From Hyalangium minutum (GTDB taxonomy: Bacteria > Myxococcota > Myxococcia > Myxococcales > Myxococcaceae): a DNA stretch of 64,000 nt. Below, piece by piece: positions 19,369 to 29,358 of the stretch. The position numbers and the translations under genes are program-made. The notes beneath the pieces were generated by a model. It had not been told where the DNA came from. It worked only from the letters and a program-made list of their open reading frames with translations, and made no database searches. The stretch's first letter is position 1. Every line of letters begins with the position of its first letter. The stretch is taken from assembly GCF_000737315.1 (NCBI RefSeq), contig NZ_JMCB01000021.1:10536-74535 (forward strand). Direction: 5' to 3'.

Positions 19369-20541
19369 TCACGCCCGGCCGAAGATGATGCGCTCTTCGG
19401 CCAGGAGGCGCGTGGTGAGCATGAGGCAGCCGGCCGCCGCGGCGGCGCAGCCAACGACTCCCAGGAGGAACGGGATGGGCCCCACGGCCTGGCCTCGCAT
19501 CACCTCGCCAATGAGGAGCTGCTGGCCGAAGACGGGGACGATGTACATCCACAGCTGGCTCTGGATGGGAGAGACGGCCAGCAGCATGCCGGGGAGCATG
19601 GGCAGCAGCAGCAGGAGCTGGATATAGGTCTGCGCTTCCTTGAAGGAGCGAGCGTAGGTGGACACCAGCATCTGTCCCGCCGAGGCGAAGAAGGCCAACG
19701 GCACCACGGTGGCCAACATGCCCAGCACGGCGGCGGCGTCGAAGCGCGCCTTCACGCCCAGGTCCTGCAGGGGCACGCTCTTGACGGCGAGGAGGAAGGC
19801 CCCGAGGCACACGCCGATGGCCACGCACGCAAGCACCACGGTGGTGAGCCACTTGCCCGTCACCACGGCGCCGCGATGCACAGGGTTGAGGAGCAGGGGC
19901 TCCAGCGAGCCGCGCTCGCGCTCACCGGCCATGGCGTCGATGGCCACGTTCATCCCGCCCATGAAGGCGGCGAACACGAGGAAGATGGGGATGATGTTGA
20001 GAACGTTCGCGGCCATGCGCTCGGGAGTGGCCAGGTCCACCTCGTCCACGCGGACGGGGGTGGCCAGCTCGGGGGCCACGCCTCGGGCGAAGAGACGCTC
20101 AGCGCCCAACATGCCCGAGTAGCCCTGGAGCAGGCTGGTGAGGCGACGAACGGTGGAGCGGGCCTGGTTGCGCGAGTTGTCCACCACGAGCTGCACCGAG
20201 GCGGTGTGCCCGGAGGAGAAGTCCTTGCCGTAGTCCGAGGGGATGATGAGCACGGCGTCCAGCTTGCCGGCCTGAATCTGCGCCTCGTAGTCCGCGGGCG
20301 CGTCCGCGAGGGTGGCGCCCTGCCTCTGGAGGAAGGCCATGAGGCTGGGAGCGTTCTCGCGGCCGATGATGGAGACCTCGAGTGGCTTGCCCTCACGGAA
20401 CCACGAGGCCATCACCGTGAACATGACGGCGAAGATGACGGGGCCAATGAGGGGGCCGGCGAGCGCGCTCGTCACCGAGCGCCGATCCCGGAGGTGGTCC
20501 TTCATCTCCTTGCGGAAGACGGTGCCGATGAGCTTCCTCAT
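19369..20541 (-). CDS. ABC-2 type permease (NatB-like)
   Basis: FRKEMKDHLRDRR, AGERERGSLEPLL, GKWL; six TM segments. Confidence 0.9.
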   Translation of the reverse strand: MRKLIGTVFRKEMKDHLRDRRSVTSALAGPLIGPVIFAVMFTVMASWFREGKPLEVSIIGRENAPSLMAFLQRQGATLADAPADYEAQIQAGKLDAVLIIPSDYGKDFSSGHTASVQLVVDNSRNQARSTVRRLTSLLQGYSGMLGAERLFARGVAPELATPVRVDEVDLATPERMAANVLNIIPIFLVFAAFMGGMNVAIDAMAGERERGSLEPLLLNPVHRGAVVTGKWLTTVVLACVAIGVCLGAFLLAVKSVPLQDLGVKARFDAAAVLGMLATVVPLAFFASAGQMLVSTYARSFKEAQTYIQLLLLLPMLPGMLLAVSPIQSQLWMYIVPVFGQQLLIGEVMRGQAVGPIPFLLGVVGCAAAAAGCLMLTTRLLAEERIIFGRA

Positions 20542-21272
20542 TGCATCAACCCCTGGTCAGTTCCGATGACGGACACGAAGGCCTCCTCGAGGCTCTCCTT
20601 GCCGGTGCGGGCGCGCAGCTCGTCCGGAGTGCCCTCTGCGACCACGCGGCCCCGGGCCACGACGACGATGCGGTCACACAGCGCGCCCACCTCCTGCATG
20701 ACGTGGCTGGAGAAGAGGATGCAGTGGCCCTGCTCCTTGAGGCGGCGGATGAGAGTGCGCACGGCGCGGGTGCTCATGACGTCGAGCCCGTTGGTGGGCT
20801 CGTCCAGCAGCACGTTGCGCGGGTTGTGCACGAGCGCGCGGGCCAGGGCCACCTTCATGCGCTCGCCCTGGCTGAAGCCCTCGGCGCGCCGGTCGGCGAT
20901 GTCCTTCATGTCCAGCAGCTCGATCAGCTCGGCCACGCGCTTGTCCAGGAGCGAGCCGGACAGCCCATGAAGCTCTCCGGCGTAGCGCGCGTGCTCACGG
21001 GCCGTGAGGCGCGGGTAGAGGCCGCGGGCGTCCGGCAGCACGCCGATGGCGCGGCGCACCTCCAGGGGCTTCTCGGCCACGTCCAGGCCGTCGATGCGGG
21101 CGGCGCCCCGGTCGGGCCGGACGAGCGTGTAGAGCATGCGAAGCGTCGTCGTCTTCCCGGCGCCATTGGGGCCGAGCAGGCCGGTGACGACACCGTCCGC
21201 CGCAGAGAAGGACACGTCCTCCACCGCCGTCACCGCGCCGAAGCGCTTGTGCAGGTTGCGCACTTCAATCAT
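20538..21272 (-). CDS. ABC transporter ATP-binding protein (NatA-like)
   Basis: GPNGAGKTT, FSQGERMK, LLDEPTNGLD, SSH. Confidence 0.93.
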   Translation of the reverse strand: MIEVRNLHKRFGAVTAVEDVSFSAADGVVTGLLGPNGAGKTTTLRMLYTLVRPDRGAARIDGLDVAEKPLEVRRAIGVLPDARGLYPRLTAREHARYAGELHGLSGSLLDKRVAELIELLDMKDIADRRAEGFSQGERMKVALARALVHNPRNVLLDEPTNGLDVMSTRAVRTLIRRLKEQGHCILFSSHVMQEVGALCDRIVVVARGRVVAEGTPDELRARTGKESLEEAFVSVIGTDQGLMQ

Positions 21273-21285
21273 TGGAGTGTTCCCA

Positions 21286-22776
21286 TCACGGCACCGGGCC
21301 TGCGAAGGACGTGAAGAACGGCGGGCGCGTCAGGTCCGAGGCGCAGGTGGACTTCAGCCCATCCACGGTGCCCTGCTTCACGAAGTCCGCCATCAACGAC
21401 TGCACACAGCCCAGCACCGCCGTGTTGTGCCCCACTCCCGGCACCACCACATGCAGGCTGTGGCTCAGCGTCTTCTTCGCCTCCTCGCCCCACGAGGGCG
21501 GCGTCACCGGATCCAGCTCGCCGGACAGCAACAGCGTGGGCACCGAGGACGTTACGGGATCCCGATATCCCTCGGGCACCGTGCCCTTCGGCCATACCTT
21601 GCAGGGCTCGAGAATGTTGCGGATCTGCTGCGCACCGAACCACGTGCCCTTTGCCTCACGCACAATCGCCTCGTCGGTGATGAAGGGCGCGTCCTCCGCG
21701 CAGACCACCGAGAAGAACATGCCGTGGCTGATCGTATCGCTCATCCCGCCTGAGATTCCCTGGCTCAGCGCGATGAACGGCGCCCAGTCGCCCTTCGTCG
21801 CCCGGTCCAGCATCAGCGGCACCAGCGTGGCGATCTCCGGCGAGTAGAGCTGGCCGAACATCATCTGCAGGAACGCGTGCCGGGACAGAGTGAACTCCTC
21901 CGGAACCCCCGTCAGCGGGTGCTTCACCTGCACCTTCTCCGGCGCCTGCGCCATCCGCTCCAGCAGCGCCTCCACCCGCTTCTTCAGGTCGGGGAACGCC
22001 TGGGCGCAGTTCACGTCCTTCTCACAGTGCTCGAAGAGCAAATCCAACGCCCGCTGCCCGTCCCTCGGCATGTAGAGCGGCAGGTACAGGCTCATGGGCG
22101 CCACGCCATCGAGGATCGCCGAGCGCACCCGGTCCGGGTGCTGCCGCATGTACACCAGCGCAGCACGCGTCCCGTACGACACCCCCCACAGGTTCAGCTT
22201 CTCGTAGCCCAGCGCCTCGCGCACCTCATCCAGGTCCTCCATGGCGATGGGCGTGGTGTAGAGGCGCGGGTCCGCGTCATAGCCCTTCAGGCACTTCTGG
22301 AAGTCCTCCTCGCGGAATGCGTCATCGAACTTCTCCGCAAGCCCGCTGTCCTCGGGATCCGGTGCGCACTTCAGCGCTCCCGAGCCGCCCGTACCCCGTT
22401 GGTCCACCAACAAGATGTCTCGGTTGCGGTGGATGCGGTCCACCATCTGCAAGATCGTCACCTTCGAGGCCGCCTGCCCCGGGCCTCCCGCCAGCAGCAC
22501 CAGCGGATCCGGCTCCGCCGAGGCTGCCAGTGCGGGCACTACCACCACGCGCAGAGGAATCTTCCGCCCCTGCTTCGCCACCCGGTCCTCGAAGACTTCA
22601 TAGGTGCCGCACAGGGTCTGGTACTCAATGCCCTCGACGCGGCAGGAGCTCAGCGCCACCTTGGGCGCGGACGGCTCCGATGGACTCCGGCTGCACGCCG
22701 CCGCGAACACCCCCACGGACACCAGGAGCAGGACGAGGCGTGGGACAGGGTTGGGGGTTTCGCCAGGCACGCGCAT
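21286..22776 (-). CDS. Alpha/beta hydrolase lipoprotein, TAP-like peptidase
   Basis: AAAC lipobox, GGPG, DQRGTG, GVSYG nucleophile, GELDPVTP, GVGH. Confidence 0.9.
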   Translation of the reverse strand: MRVPGETPNPVPRLVLLLVSVGVFAAACSRSPSEPSAPKVALSSCRVEGIEYQTLCGTYEVFEDRVAKQGRKIPLRVVVVPALAASAEPDPLVLLAGGPGQAASKVTILQMVDRIHRNRDILLVDQRGTGGSGALKCAPDPEDSGLAEKFDDAFREEDFQKCLKGYDADPRLYTTPIAMEDLDEVREALGYEKLNLWGVSYGTRAALVYMRQHPDRVRSAILDGVAPMSLYLPLYMPRDGQRALDLLFEHCEKDVNCAQAFPDLKKRVEALLERMAQAPEKVQVKHPLTGVPEEFTLSRHAFLQMMFGQLYSPEIATLVPLMLDRATKGDWAPFIALSQGISGGMSDTISHGMFFSVVCAEDAPFITDEAIVREAKGTWFGAQQIRNILEPCKVWPKGTVPEGYRDPVTSSVPTLLLSGELDPVTPPSWGEEAKKTLSHSLHVVVPGVGHNTAVLGCVQSLMADFVKQGTVDGLKSTCASDLTRPPFFTSFAGPVP

Positions 22777-22825
22777 CCTCCATCATTAGCCACCTGGACT
22801 TACCACTGCTAAGCCCTGGCCCACC

Positions 22826-23644
22826 ATGAAACGAACGCTCTTCCTGCTCCTGTCCCTGTCGCTCGTCACCCTCACCGGCTGCGCCACGCTCAAGAAGCTC
22901 TTCAAGAAACCCACCGTCACCTTCAAGACCGCGCGCCTGTCCAGCGCCTCGCTCTCGGACGCCACCGTGGACGTCGTCTACGAGGTGCGCAACCCCAACA
23001 CCTTCGGCCTGTCGCTCGCCAAGGTGGACTACGCCTTCTTCGTCGAGGGCAAGCAGGTGGTGGCCGGCGCCCCTCGCAACGGACTCAACCTCAAGGCGCA
23101 TGACAGCAGCGAGCTCGTCTTCCCCGCCAACGTGAAGTTCGCGGACATCGTCCCCGTGGTGGAGACGTTCCTCAACAAGGACCAGGCCCTCTTCAAGGTT
23201 CAGGGCAGCGTGGGCATCAACACCCCCATCGGCGTCCTCTCCTTTCCCCTGGAGAAGGAGGGCACCTTCGAGGTCCCCAAGATTCCCAACGTCCAGTTCG
23301 AGGCTCCCCGCATCACCAACCTCTCCATCAGCGGAGCCACGGTGGAGTTCCCCCTCAACATCACCAACCGCAACAGCTTCCCGCTGCCCGTGGCCGGCCT
23401 CGCCGGAGACCTCAAGGTGGCCGGCGCCAGCGTGGGCACCCTCTCCACGGGCGACCTGGGCATGCTCGACGGCGGCGGCACCCGCCAGGTGACGCTCCCG
23501 CTGCAGATCAACTTCGCCCGCGCCGCCTCGGCCGCCACCGCGCTGCGCTCGGGCAACGCCCAGGTCAACCTGAGCGGGCGCCTCACCTCCGGCAGCGGCA
23601 ACGTCCCGCTCAACATTGGCCAGCTGCTGCAGTTCAAGCGCTGA
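22826..23644 (+). CDS. Lipoprotein with two LEA_2/WHy domains
   Basis: LTGC lipobox; VRNPNTFGL and ITNRNSFPL motifs. Confidence 0.85.
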   Translation: MKRTLFLLLSLSLVTLTGCATLKKLFKKPTVTFKTARLSSASLSDATVDVVYEVRNPNTFGLSLAKVDYAFFVEGKQVVAGAPRNGLNLKAHDSSELVFPANVKFADIVPVVETFLNKDQALFKVQGSVGINTPIGVLSFPLEKEGTFEVPKIPNVQFEAPRITNLSISGATVEFPLNITNRNSFPLPVAGLAGDLKVAGASVGTLSTGDLGMLDGGGTRQVTLPLQINFARAASAATALRSGNAQVNLSGRLTSGSGNVPLNIGQLLQFKR

Positions 23645-23750
23645 GCTTCTGACGCGACGGGCCTTGCGCCCTTTACCCTCCGGCTCGCGCTCTGCCATGC
23701 TCGGGGCCTCCCCGCGCCATGTGCGGCACGAGCCCTGGAGGGACGACACG

Positions 23751-24191
23751 ATGAAGAGGATGTGGGTGGTGAGCGGCCTGATGCTCTCGGTGGTGGGCTG
23801 CTCTCGCATCGAGACCCGGCCCAACCCTCAGGACGAGGACACGCTCTTCGGCAGCCAGGTCCCCTACGTCAAGGCGCCTCCGGTGGACCGCTGCTCCTCC
23901 CACAAGAAGTCCGCGGCGGGCGCGAGCTGCGAGGACGCTCGCTACCTGGGCACCGAGTACACCCGGCGCCTGGCTGTGGGAGATGAGGTGTGCCTGGAGG
24001 GCGGTTACGGAGACGACGTGGGGCCGAGTTGCAAGGCCCGCGCGGCCGTCATCGACACGGGCCCCAACGGGGTGAAGCTGGAGATCCGCAGCGCCAAGCC
24101 GGACTCGCGCTGGTTCAACTCGGAGATGCGCCACGCCTGGTACGAGGAAGGCGCCTTGGTGGACCTGTATCTGGCCGAGCGGGGTTATTAG
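23751..24191 (+). CDS. Hypothetical lipoprotein
   Basis: MKRMWVVSGLMLSVVGC lipobox; four further Cys. Confidence 0.75.
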   Translation: MKRMWVVSGLMLSVVGCSRIETRPNPQDEDTLFGSQVPYVKAPPVDRCSSHKKSAAGASCEDARYLGTEYTRRLAVGDEVCLEGGYGDDVGPSCKARAAVIDTGPNGVKLEIRSAKPDSRWFNSEMRHAWYEEGALVDLYLAERGY

Positions 24192-24197
24192 AGAACC

Positions 24198-24827
24198 ATG
24201 GCCTTCTACGATGACTTCGTCGAGCGCCTCAGCGCGCTCAAGAGCTTTACTCCCGCCGAGGCGAAGAAGCTGGCGAGCGCCAAGCTGTCGGACATCGTCC
24301 TGCAGGAGATCGCCCGCTCGCGCCAGCGCATCACTGACTTGGAGAAGCGCTTCCCCTCGGCGGGCCCCAAGGAGCTGGCCCAGCACCTCATCGACGGGAA
24401 AAAGGGGCTGGCCAGCATGGCCGGCGGCATCAGCGGCGTGTTCGGCCTCATCTCCGTGCCCGCTGACCTCGTCTTCATGTCGTGGCTGCAGATCATCCTC
24501 CTGGTGGACGTGGCCACGCTCTACAAGGTGAACCTCAAGAGCGAGCGCACCCGGGGCGAGCTGCTGGACTTGTTTGGCTACGCCAATGGGCTGGGTCCGA
24601 TGCAGCGCTCCAGCCCGAAGGTGCTCAGCGGGCTGGCGGCGAAGCTGCTGGTGAAGGGGGGCCTGCCCACGCTGGGCCGGGCCATGCCTCTGGTGGCCGC
24701 GCCCATCACCGCCTACCTCAACAACCAGCACATCCAGTCGGTGGGCGAGCAGGCCGTGCGCTTCTACGAGGGCTTCGACAAGGCCCACGCCAAGGCGCGC
24801 GGCGCCCGCGAGAAGAAGACGGGCTGA
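24198..24827 (+). CDS. EcsC family protein
   Basis: GGISGVFGLISVPADL, LGRAMPLVAAPITAYLN. Confidence 0.75.
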   Translation: MAFYDDFVERLSALKSFTPAEAKKLASAKLSDIVLQEIARSRQRITDLEKRFPSAGPKELAQHLIDGKKGLASMAGGISGVFGLISVPADLVFMSWLQIILLVDVATLYKVNLKSERTRGELLDLFGYANGLGPMQRSSPKVLSGLAAKLLVKGGLPTLGRAMPLVAAPITAYLNNQHIQSVGEQAVRFYEGFDKAHAKARGAREKKTG

Positions 24828-24829
24828 AG

Positions 24830-26596
24830 CTAGGGCGAGACTGGCACGGCCTCGCCTCGCTCCTCTGATGGCTGGCGGTTCCACCGGGGCTCTTCGTTCG
24901 AGGGCGGGCGCGGCTCTGGAGGAAGCACGACGTGGAAGGTGCTCCCCTCCCCCGCCTGCCCGGTGGACTCCGCCCAGATGCGGCCTCCGTGCCGCTCGAC
25001 GATGCCCCGGGCGATGCTCAGCCCCAGCCCCAAGCCTCCATAGGAAGTGCCGTGCGCCTGGCTGAACCGCTCGAAGACGAGGCGCAGCTTGTCCGGAGGA
25101 ATCCCCAGGCCTCGATCCCGGACCCACACGTGGAAGAGCGCTCCCTCCTTTCGCGCCTCCACGGTGATGAGCCCTCCATCGGGTGAGTAGCGCAGGGCAT
25201 TGGAGATCAGGTTGGTGAAGACCTGCTCCAGCCGCTGGCGATCTCCCGTGAGCACCAGCCCCTCGGGGACTCGCACCTCGATGCGCCAGCTCCCTTCGAA
25301 GGGCTGGAGGTGCTCGGCCACCTCGGTGAGCAGCTCGCGCAGGTCCACCTTGCCCTTCTCCAGGCTCAGCTCCCCCCGCTGGAGCTTGCTCATGTCGAGC
25401 AGGTTCTCCACGAGCCTCGCCATCCGGTCCACGCTGCGGGTCAGCCCCTGGAGCGCCCGCTCCACGCCCTCGCCCATGCCGCTGCTCCCCTTGAGCCGCG
25501 CCAGGTAGACGAAGCCCCGAGCCGCCTGCAGGGGCGTGCGCAGCTCATGCGCGGCCATGGTGAGGAAGATGTCCTTCGCCTCGTTGGCCGCCTGCAGGGC
25601 CTCGATGGCGCGCCGGCTGTCATCGATGTCCGTGGCGGTGACGATCCACCCCGTGAGCATGCCCTCCTCCAGCTCCGGGAGCATGCGGCCCATGAACCAG
25701 CGATAGGTGCCGTCACGGTTGCGGCGAATCCGGTACTCCACCACCGAGGGCTGCCCCGTCTTGTGCGAGTGCTCCCAGGCTGCCTGGGCGCGCGGCAGAT
25801 CCTCCGGGTGGAGGGTGGCGTCGACGGCGTTCCAGCTCCGGCCCTGCTCGGGGGTCAGCCCCGCGTACTCCAGCCAGCACCGGTTGGTATAGGTGATGGC
25901 ACCATCCGGGAGCATGGCCCAGACGAACAGCGGCAGCGCGTCCACCAGCGAGCGAAAGCGCTGCTCGCTCTGCCGGGCCAGCATTCTCCGCTCCAGCTCC
26001 CACAGCGCGGCCTCCTGACGCTGGAGCCGCTGTTGCTGGAGGAAGAGCGACACGAACACCTCCACCTTCCAGCGCAGCACGTCCGGGTTGAAGGGCTTCA
26101 CCACGTAGTCCACCGCGCCGTGCTCGTAGCCGTGGACCAGGTCCGACTCTTCGCGGCTGTGCGCGGTGAGGAAGATGATGGGCGTGTAGCGCGAGCGCTG
26201 CCGCTGACGGACCAGGCGCGCCGTCTCGAAGCCGCTGAGGTCCGGCATCTGCACGTCCAGGAGGATGACGGCGAAGTCCTCGCGCAGCAGGTGACGCAGC
26301 GCCTCCCGGCCCGAGCTCGCACGGACGAGTCGCTGACCCAGCGGCTCCAGGATTGCCTCCAAGGCGATCAAGTTGGACGGGTGATCGTCCACCAGCAGGA
26401 TGCTGGTGGTGAGGGGCTCGGACTGAGAGGTGTACTGGGAGGTATTGGTGGAGCCTTCCACGTCCGTCCTCCTGCGGGTCGCTGGCATCGTCCTGAGGTC
26501 CAACTGGGTAACGCTGGACATGGGCCAGAATTGCTCCGCCCGCCTGACTGCCTCCCAGGCAGACACCTGGGACGCTGCCCCGCTGGCAGTGCTCAA
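24830..26596 (-). CDS. Hybrid sensor kinase (REC-PAS-HisKA-HATPase)
   Basis: ILLVDD, LLDVQMP, TPIIFLT, KP; HPED PAS; AAHELRTP; NLISNA, DRGLGI, GLGLGL; start uncertain. Confidence 0.92.
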   Translation of the reverse strand: MSTASGAASQVSAWEAVRRAEQFWPMSSVTQLDLRTMPATRRRTDVEGSTNTSQYTSQSEPLTTSILLVDDHPSNLIALEAILEPLGQRLVRASSGREALRHLLREDFAVILLDVQMPDLSGFETARLVRQRQRSRYTPIIFLTAHSREESDLVHGYEHGAVDYVVKPFNPDVLRWKVEVFVSLFLQQQRLQRQEAALWELERRMLARQSEQRFRSLVDALPLFVWAMLPDGAITYTNRCWLEYAGLTPEQGRSWNAVDATLHPEDLPRAQAAWEHSHKTGQPSVVEYRIRRNRDGTYRWFMGRMLPELEEGMLTGWIVTATDIDDSRRAIEALQAANEAKDIFLTMAAHELRTPLQAARGFVYLARLKGSSGMGEGVERALQGLTRSVDRMARLVENLLDMSKLQRGELSLEKGKVDLRELLTEVAEHLQPFEGSWRIEVRVPEGLVLTGDRQRLEQVFTNLISNALRYSPDGGLITVEARKEGALFHVWVRDRGLGIPPDKLRLVFERFSQAHGTSYGGLGLGLSIARGIVERHGGRIWAESTGQAGEGSTFHVVLPPEPRPPSNEEPRWNRQPSEERGEAVPVSP

Positions 26597-26604
26597 GAGG
26601 GGGC

Positions 26605-27201
26605 TCAGAGGTGCGCGAGCAGCTCGCCCAGCGCCTCGATGCGCGCATCCCCGTCCAGGCCGAGGCCCACGAAGCGCACGCCCGCTGCCCCTGCCGCGCC
26701 CCGGTCATAGCGGGAGTCACCCACCATCAGCGCCTCGCCAGCCGTGGCTCCGAGCTTCTCCAGCGCGTAGAGCACCAGATCCGGCGCGGGCTTCGAGCGC
26801 GGCACCAGGTCCGCACACGCACTGCATTCGAAACAGTCCGCCAGCTGGGCGGCTTCCAGCAGCGTGGAGGCCAGCGGTGACACTGTGTTCGTCACCACCG
26901 CACGTCCCAGTCCGCGAGTGCCCAGCAGCTCCAACAACCCCCGCGCCTCCGGGTTCACCCAGACGTGCTCCGCGTAGCGTGGGAAGTGCTCGATGTAGAA
27001 ACGGTCCAGCTCGGCGGGCGTACAGCGCAGCCCGAACACGCGCACGTCCGCCTCGGTGCCCTGCCCGAAGGTGGGCTGGAACTCCTCGCGTGTCACGGGG
27101 CTGCCGCGGAAGCGCACTCCCGCGGCGGCCACCACATGGGCCCACGCCTCCTCGCTCTTGAGGAGGACGCCATCCATGTCGAACAGAACCGCGCGAAGCA
27201 C
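26605..27201 (-). CDS. HAD family hydrolase
   Basis: FDMDGVL, VVTN, KPAPD, MVGDSRYD. Confidence 0.9.
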   Translation of the reverse strand: MLRAVLFDMDGVLLKSEEAWAHVVAAAGVRFRGSPVTREEFQPTFGQGTEADVRVFGLRCTPAELDRFYIEHFPRYAEHVWVNPEARGLLELLGTRGLGRAVVTNTVSPLASTLLEAAQLADCFECSACADLVPRSKPAPDLVLYALEKLGATAGEALMVGDSRYDRGAAGAAGVRFVGLGLDGDARIEALGELLAHL

Positions 27202-27206
27202 GCAGC

Positions 27207-27590
27207 TCAGGCCTTCGGCGTCTCGGCCGAGGCGCGCTGCGCCTCCACCTGCCGGCGCACGTCATCCATGTCCAGCTCGCGCACCTTGGAGATCAGCTCC
27301 TCGAGCGCCGCCGCGGGCAGCGCCCCGGCCTGCTCGAACAGAAGGATGCCATCCCGGAACACCATCAGCGTGGGGATGGAGCGGATCTCGAACGCCCCGG
27401 ACAGCTCCTGCTCCGCGTCCGTGTCGATCTTCCCGAAGGTGATGTCCGCGTGCTTACCGGACACCTGCTCATAGATGGGGGCAAAGGCGCGGCAGGGGCC
27501 GCACCACGAAGCCCACCAATCCAGCAGGACGATGCCTTGCTTGCCGACGGTGTCCTTGAAGTTGTTCTTGCTGATTTCGATCGTCGCCAT
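27207..27590 (-). CDS. Thioredoxin
   Basis: WASWCGPC active site, IRSIPTL. Confidence 0.95.
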   Translation of the reverse strand: MATIEISKNNFKDTVGKQGIVLLDWWASWCGPCRAFAPIYEQVSGKHADITFGKIDTDAEQELSGAFEIRSIPTLMVFRDGILLFEQAGALPAAALEELISKVRELDMDDVRRQVEAQRASAETPKA

Positions 27591-27603
27591 TTGTGGCCTC
27601 CTC

Positions 27604-27927
27604 CTACCGCACGTCCAGCAGCTCCACCTCGAAGACGAGCGTGGCGTTGGGGGGGATGACCCCTCCGGCGCCTCGCGCGCCGTAGCCCAGCTCCGGGGGG
27701 ATGGTGAGCTTGCGCAGCCCGCCCACCTTCATGCCCGCCACGCCTTGATCCCAGCCTTGGATGACATGGCCTGCCCCGAGCGGGAAGGAGAACCCCTGCC
27801 CACGGTCCCTGCTGCTGTCGAACGTCTTGCCGTCGGTGAGTGTGCCCACGTAGTGCACCGTCACCTTCTTGCCCGCGACAGCCTCGGCGCCCGTGCCGAC
27901 CTTCAGGTCCTCCACCTTCAAGCTCAT
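27604..27927 (-). CDS. FKBP-type peptidyl-prolyl isomerase
   Basis: VTVHYVG, FDSS, VIQGWDQG, IPPELGYG, IPPNATLVFEVELL. Confidence 0.97.
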   Translation of the reverse strand: MSLKVEDLKVGTGAEAVAGKKVTVHYVGTLTDGKTFDSSRDRGQGFSFPLGAGHVIQGWDQGVAGMKVGGLRKLTIPPELGYGARGAGGVIPPNATLVFEVELLDVR

Positions 27928-27995
27928 CCACAGCCTCCTGGGAAATTAAGGGGGAAGCCCACCTTAACGCGCTGGAGCGGCGCGCGCTGCTCTAG

Positions 27996-28040
27996 AAAAG
28001 AGACGGCGCGGCACCCTGTTGAGTGGGGGGTGCCGCGCCG
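27996..28040 (-). terminator. Probable intrinsic terminator after the beta-barrel gene
   Basis: 13-bp stem CGGCGCGGCACCC / GGGTGCCGCGCCG (28004-28040) followed on the minus strand by TCTCTTTT. Confidence 0.7.
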
Positions 28041-28073
28041 CCGGCTCATGTCCTGTATCTCACCTGGCCTGAG

Positions 28074-29144
28074 CTAGAACGTGCCGCCGATGTTCAGCGT
28101 GCCGGAGTACCGGCCGTTCTCGTTGAGGCCCGAGTCCACGCCCACGAAATCCTGGTCGAACAGGAAGTTGTAGTTGGCGCGCAGGTCCGCGGTGAAGCTG
28201 CCGATGTGGGTGCGCAGACCGGCGCCCACGGGCACGTTGCCCACGGTGTCATCGCTGAAGCCCGCGGCCGCCGCACCGGCGTTGCGGAAGTTGTAGTCGC
28301 TGAGGCCGATGCCGCCCAGCACGTACGGCTGCACCGGAGCCGCGCCCAGGCCGAACGTCACCGCCGCCTGGCCACCGTTGCGGACGAGGTCCGGGCCGCT
28401 GCCGCCGATGTCACCCAGGCGCGTGTCCAGGTTGTTCACCGCGCCGCTGTAGCCGAGCTCGATGCCGAATACCTTGGACGGCTTGATGGCCGCCGTCACA
28501 CCGTACGCGGGACCCGGATTGATCTCCGGAGCCAGGGCGCCCGTGTAGCCCTCCACACCGCCGCCCACCATCAGCGTGAGGCCGCGCATGTTCGCGTTGG
28601 ACTCCTTCTTCATCTCCCTGCCGGTGTCCTCGGTGATCGGGGTGAAGGCGCCGCTGCTGGGCTCCACCGGCGTCACAGGAGCGGCCGGAGGCGTCACCTG
28701 CGGCTCACGCAGGGGCTCGCTCTGGAAGCCGCTGCCGCCCACGTCGGACGACGGGTAGCTCGAGTCGAACGAGCCGCTGCCACCCGTGCCCGCCCCACTC
28801 TTCTGCACCGGCTGGCAGCGCAGGATCATGTCACCCTGCTGCGTGGACTGGGTGTTGACACCGGCCTGGCCACTGCCGCCCACGCCGAAGTCATGTTTCA
28901 CGCCGGACGCCTCGTCCGAGGTGAGGTCCTGCTCCATGCCCACCTGCCCGCTGCCTCCGATGGAGCTGTCCACGGGCTCGGTCTGCACCGTGGCCATGCT
29001 GTCACTGCTCACGCTGGACGAATCCATGCTCGCCTGCGTGTCCTTCTTGTCGTAGCCCGGCGGGCAGTCCTTACCGTCACCAGCAAACGCCGCGCCGCCA
29101 AACAGCAGCGCCGAGACGGCGCCCACGAGAATCTTCGCTTTCAT
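28074..29144 (-). CDS. Outer-membrane beta-barrel (OmpA-like) protein with a low-complexity N-terminal half
   Basis: Signal peptide; S/G/D-rich linker; alternating beta strands ending LNIGGTF (terminal Phe). Confidence 0.8.
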   Translation of the reverse strand: MKAKILVGAVSALLFGGAAFAGDGKDCPPGYDKKDTQASMDSSSVSSDSMATVQTEPVDSSIGGSGQVGMEQDLTSDEASGVKHDFGVGGSGQAGVNTQSTQQGDMILRCQPVQKSGAGTGGSGSFDSSYPSSDVGGSGFQSEPLREPQVTPPAAPVTPVEPSSGAFTPITEDTGREMKKESNANMRGLTLMVGGGVEGYTGALAPEINPGPAYGVTAAIKPSKVFGIELGYSGAVNNLDTRLGDIGGSGPDLVRNGGQAAVTFGLGAAPVQPYVLGGIGLSDYNFRNAGAAAAGFSDDTVGNVPVGAGLRTHIGSFTADLRANYNFLFDQDFVGVDSGLNENGRYSGTLNIGGTF

Positions 29145-29358
29145 CCAACCCTCCGTTGTCGGTTGACGGACATGAAGGTTGTTGCCCCCCTCACATCCGG
29201 CAAGGCGCGGAGCCTGATCCACGAGCAGGGCCGGAACCCCGTCCGGGGAGCAGCCAGCCAGTCGAGTCGAGTCGAAACAGCCGCTTGCCAAGAAACGCGG
29301 CGCACTCGCGTTTCAAGGCGGCGCGGAGGGGACCTGGGGTACTGTGCATCTGTTCCCT

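Noticed and set aside
24842-24855. TGGCACGGCCTCGC, similar to a sigma-54 -24/-12 site
   Set aside because: It lies within the 3' end of a kinase gene and points antisense; likely a chance match in GC-rich DNA.
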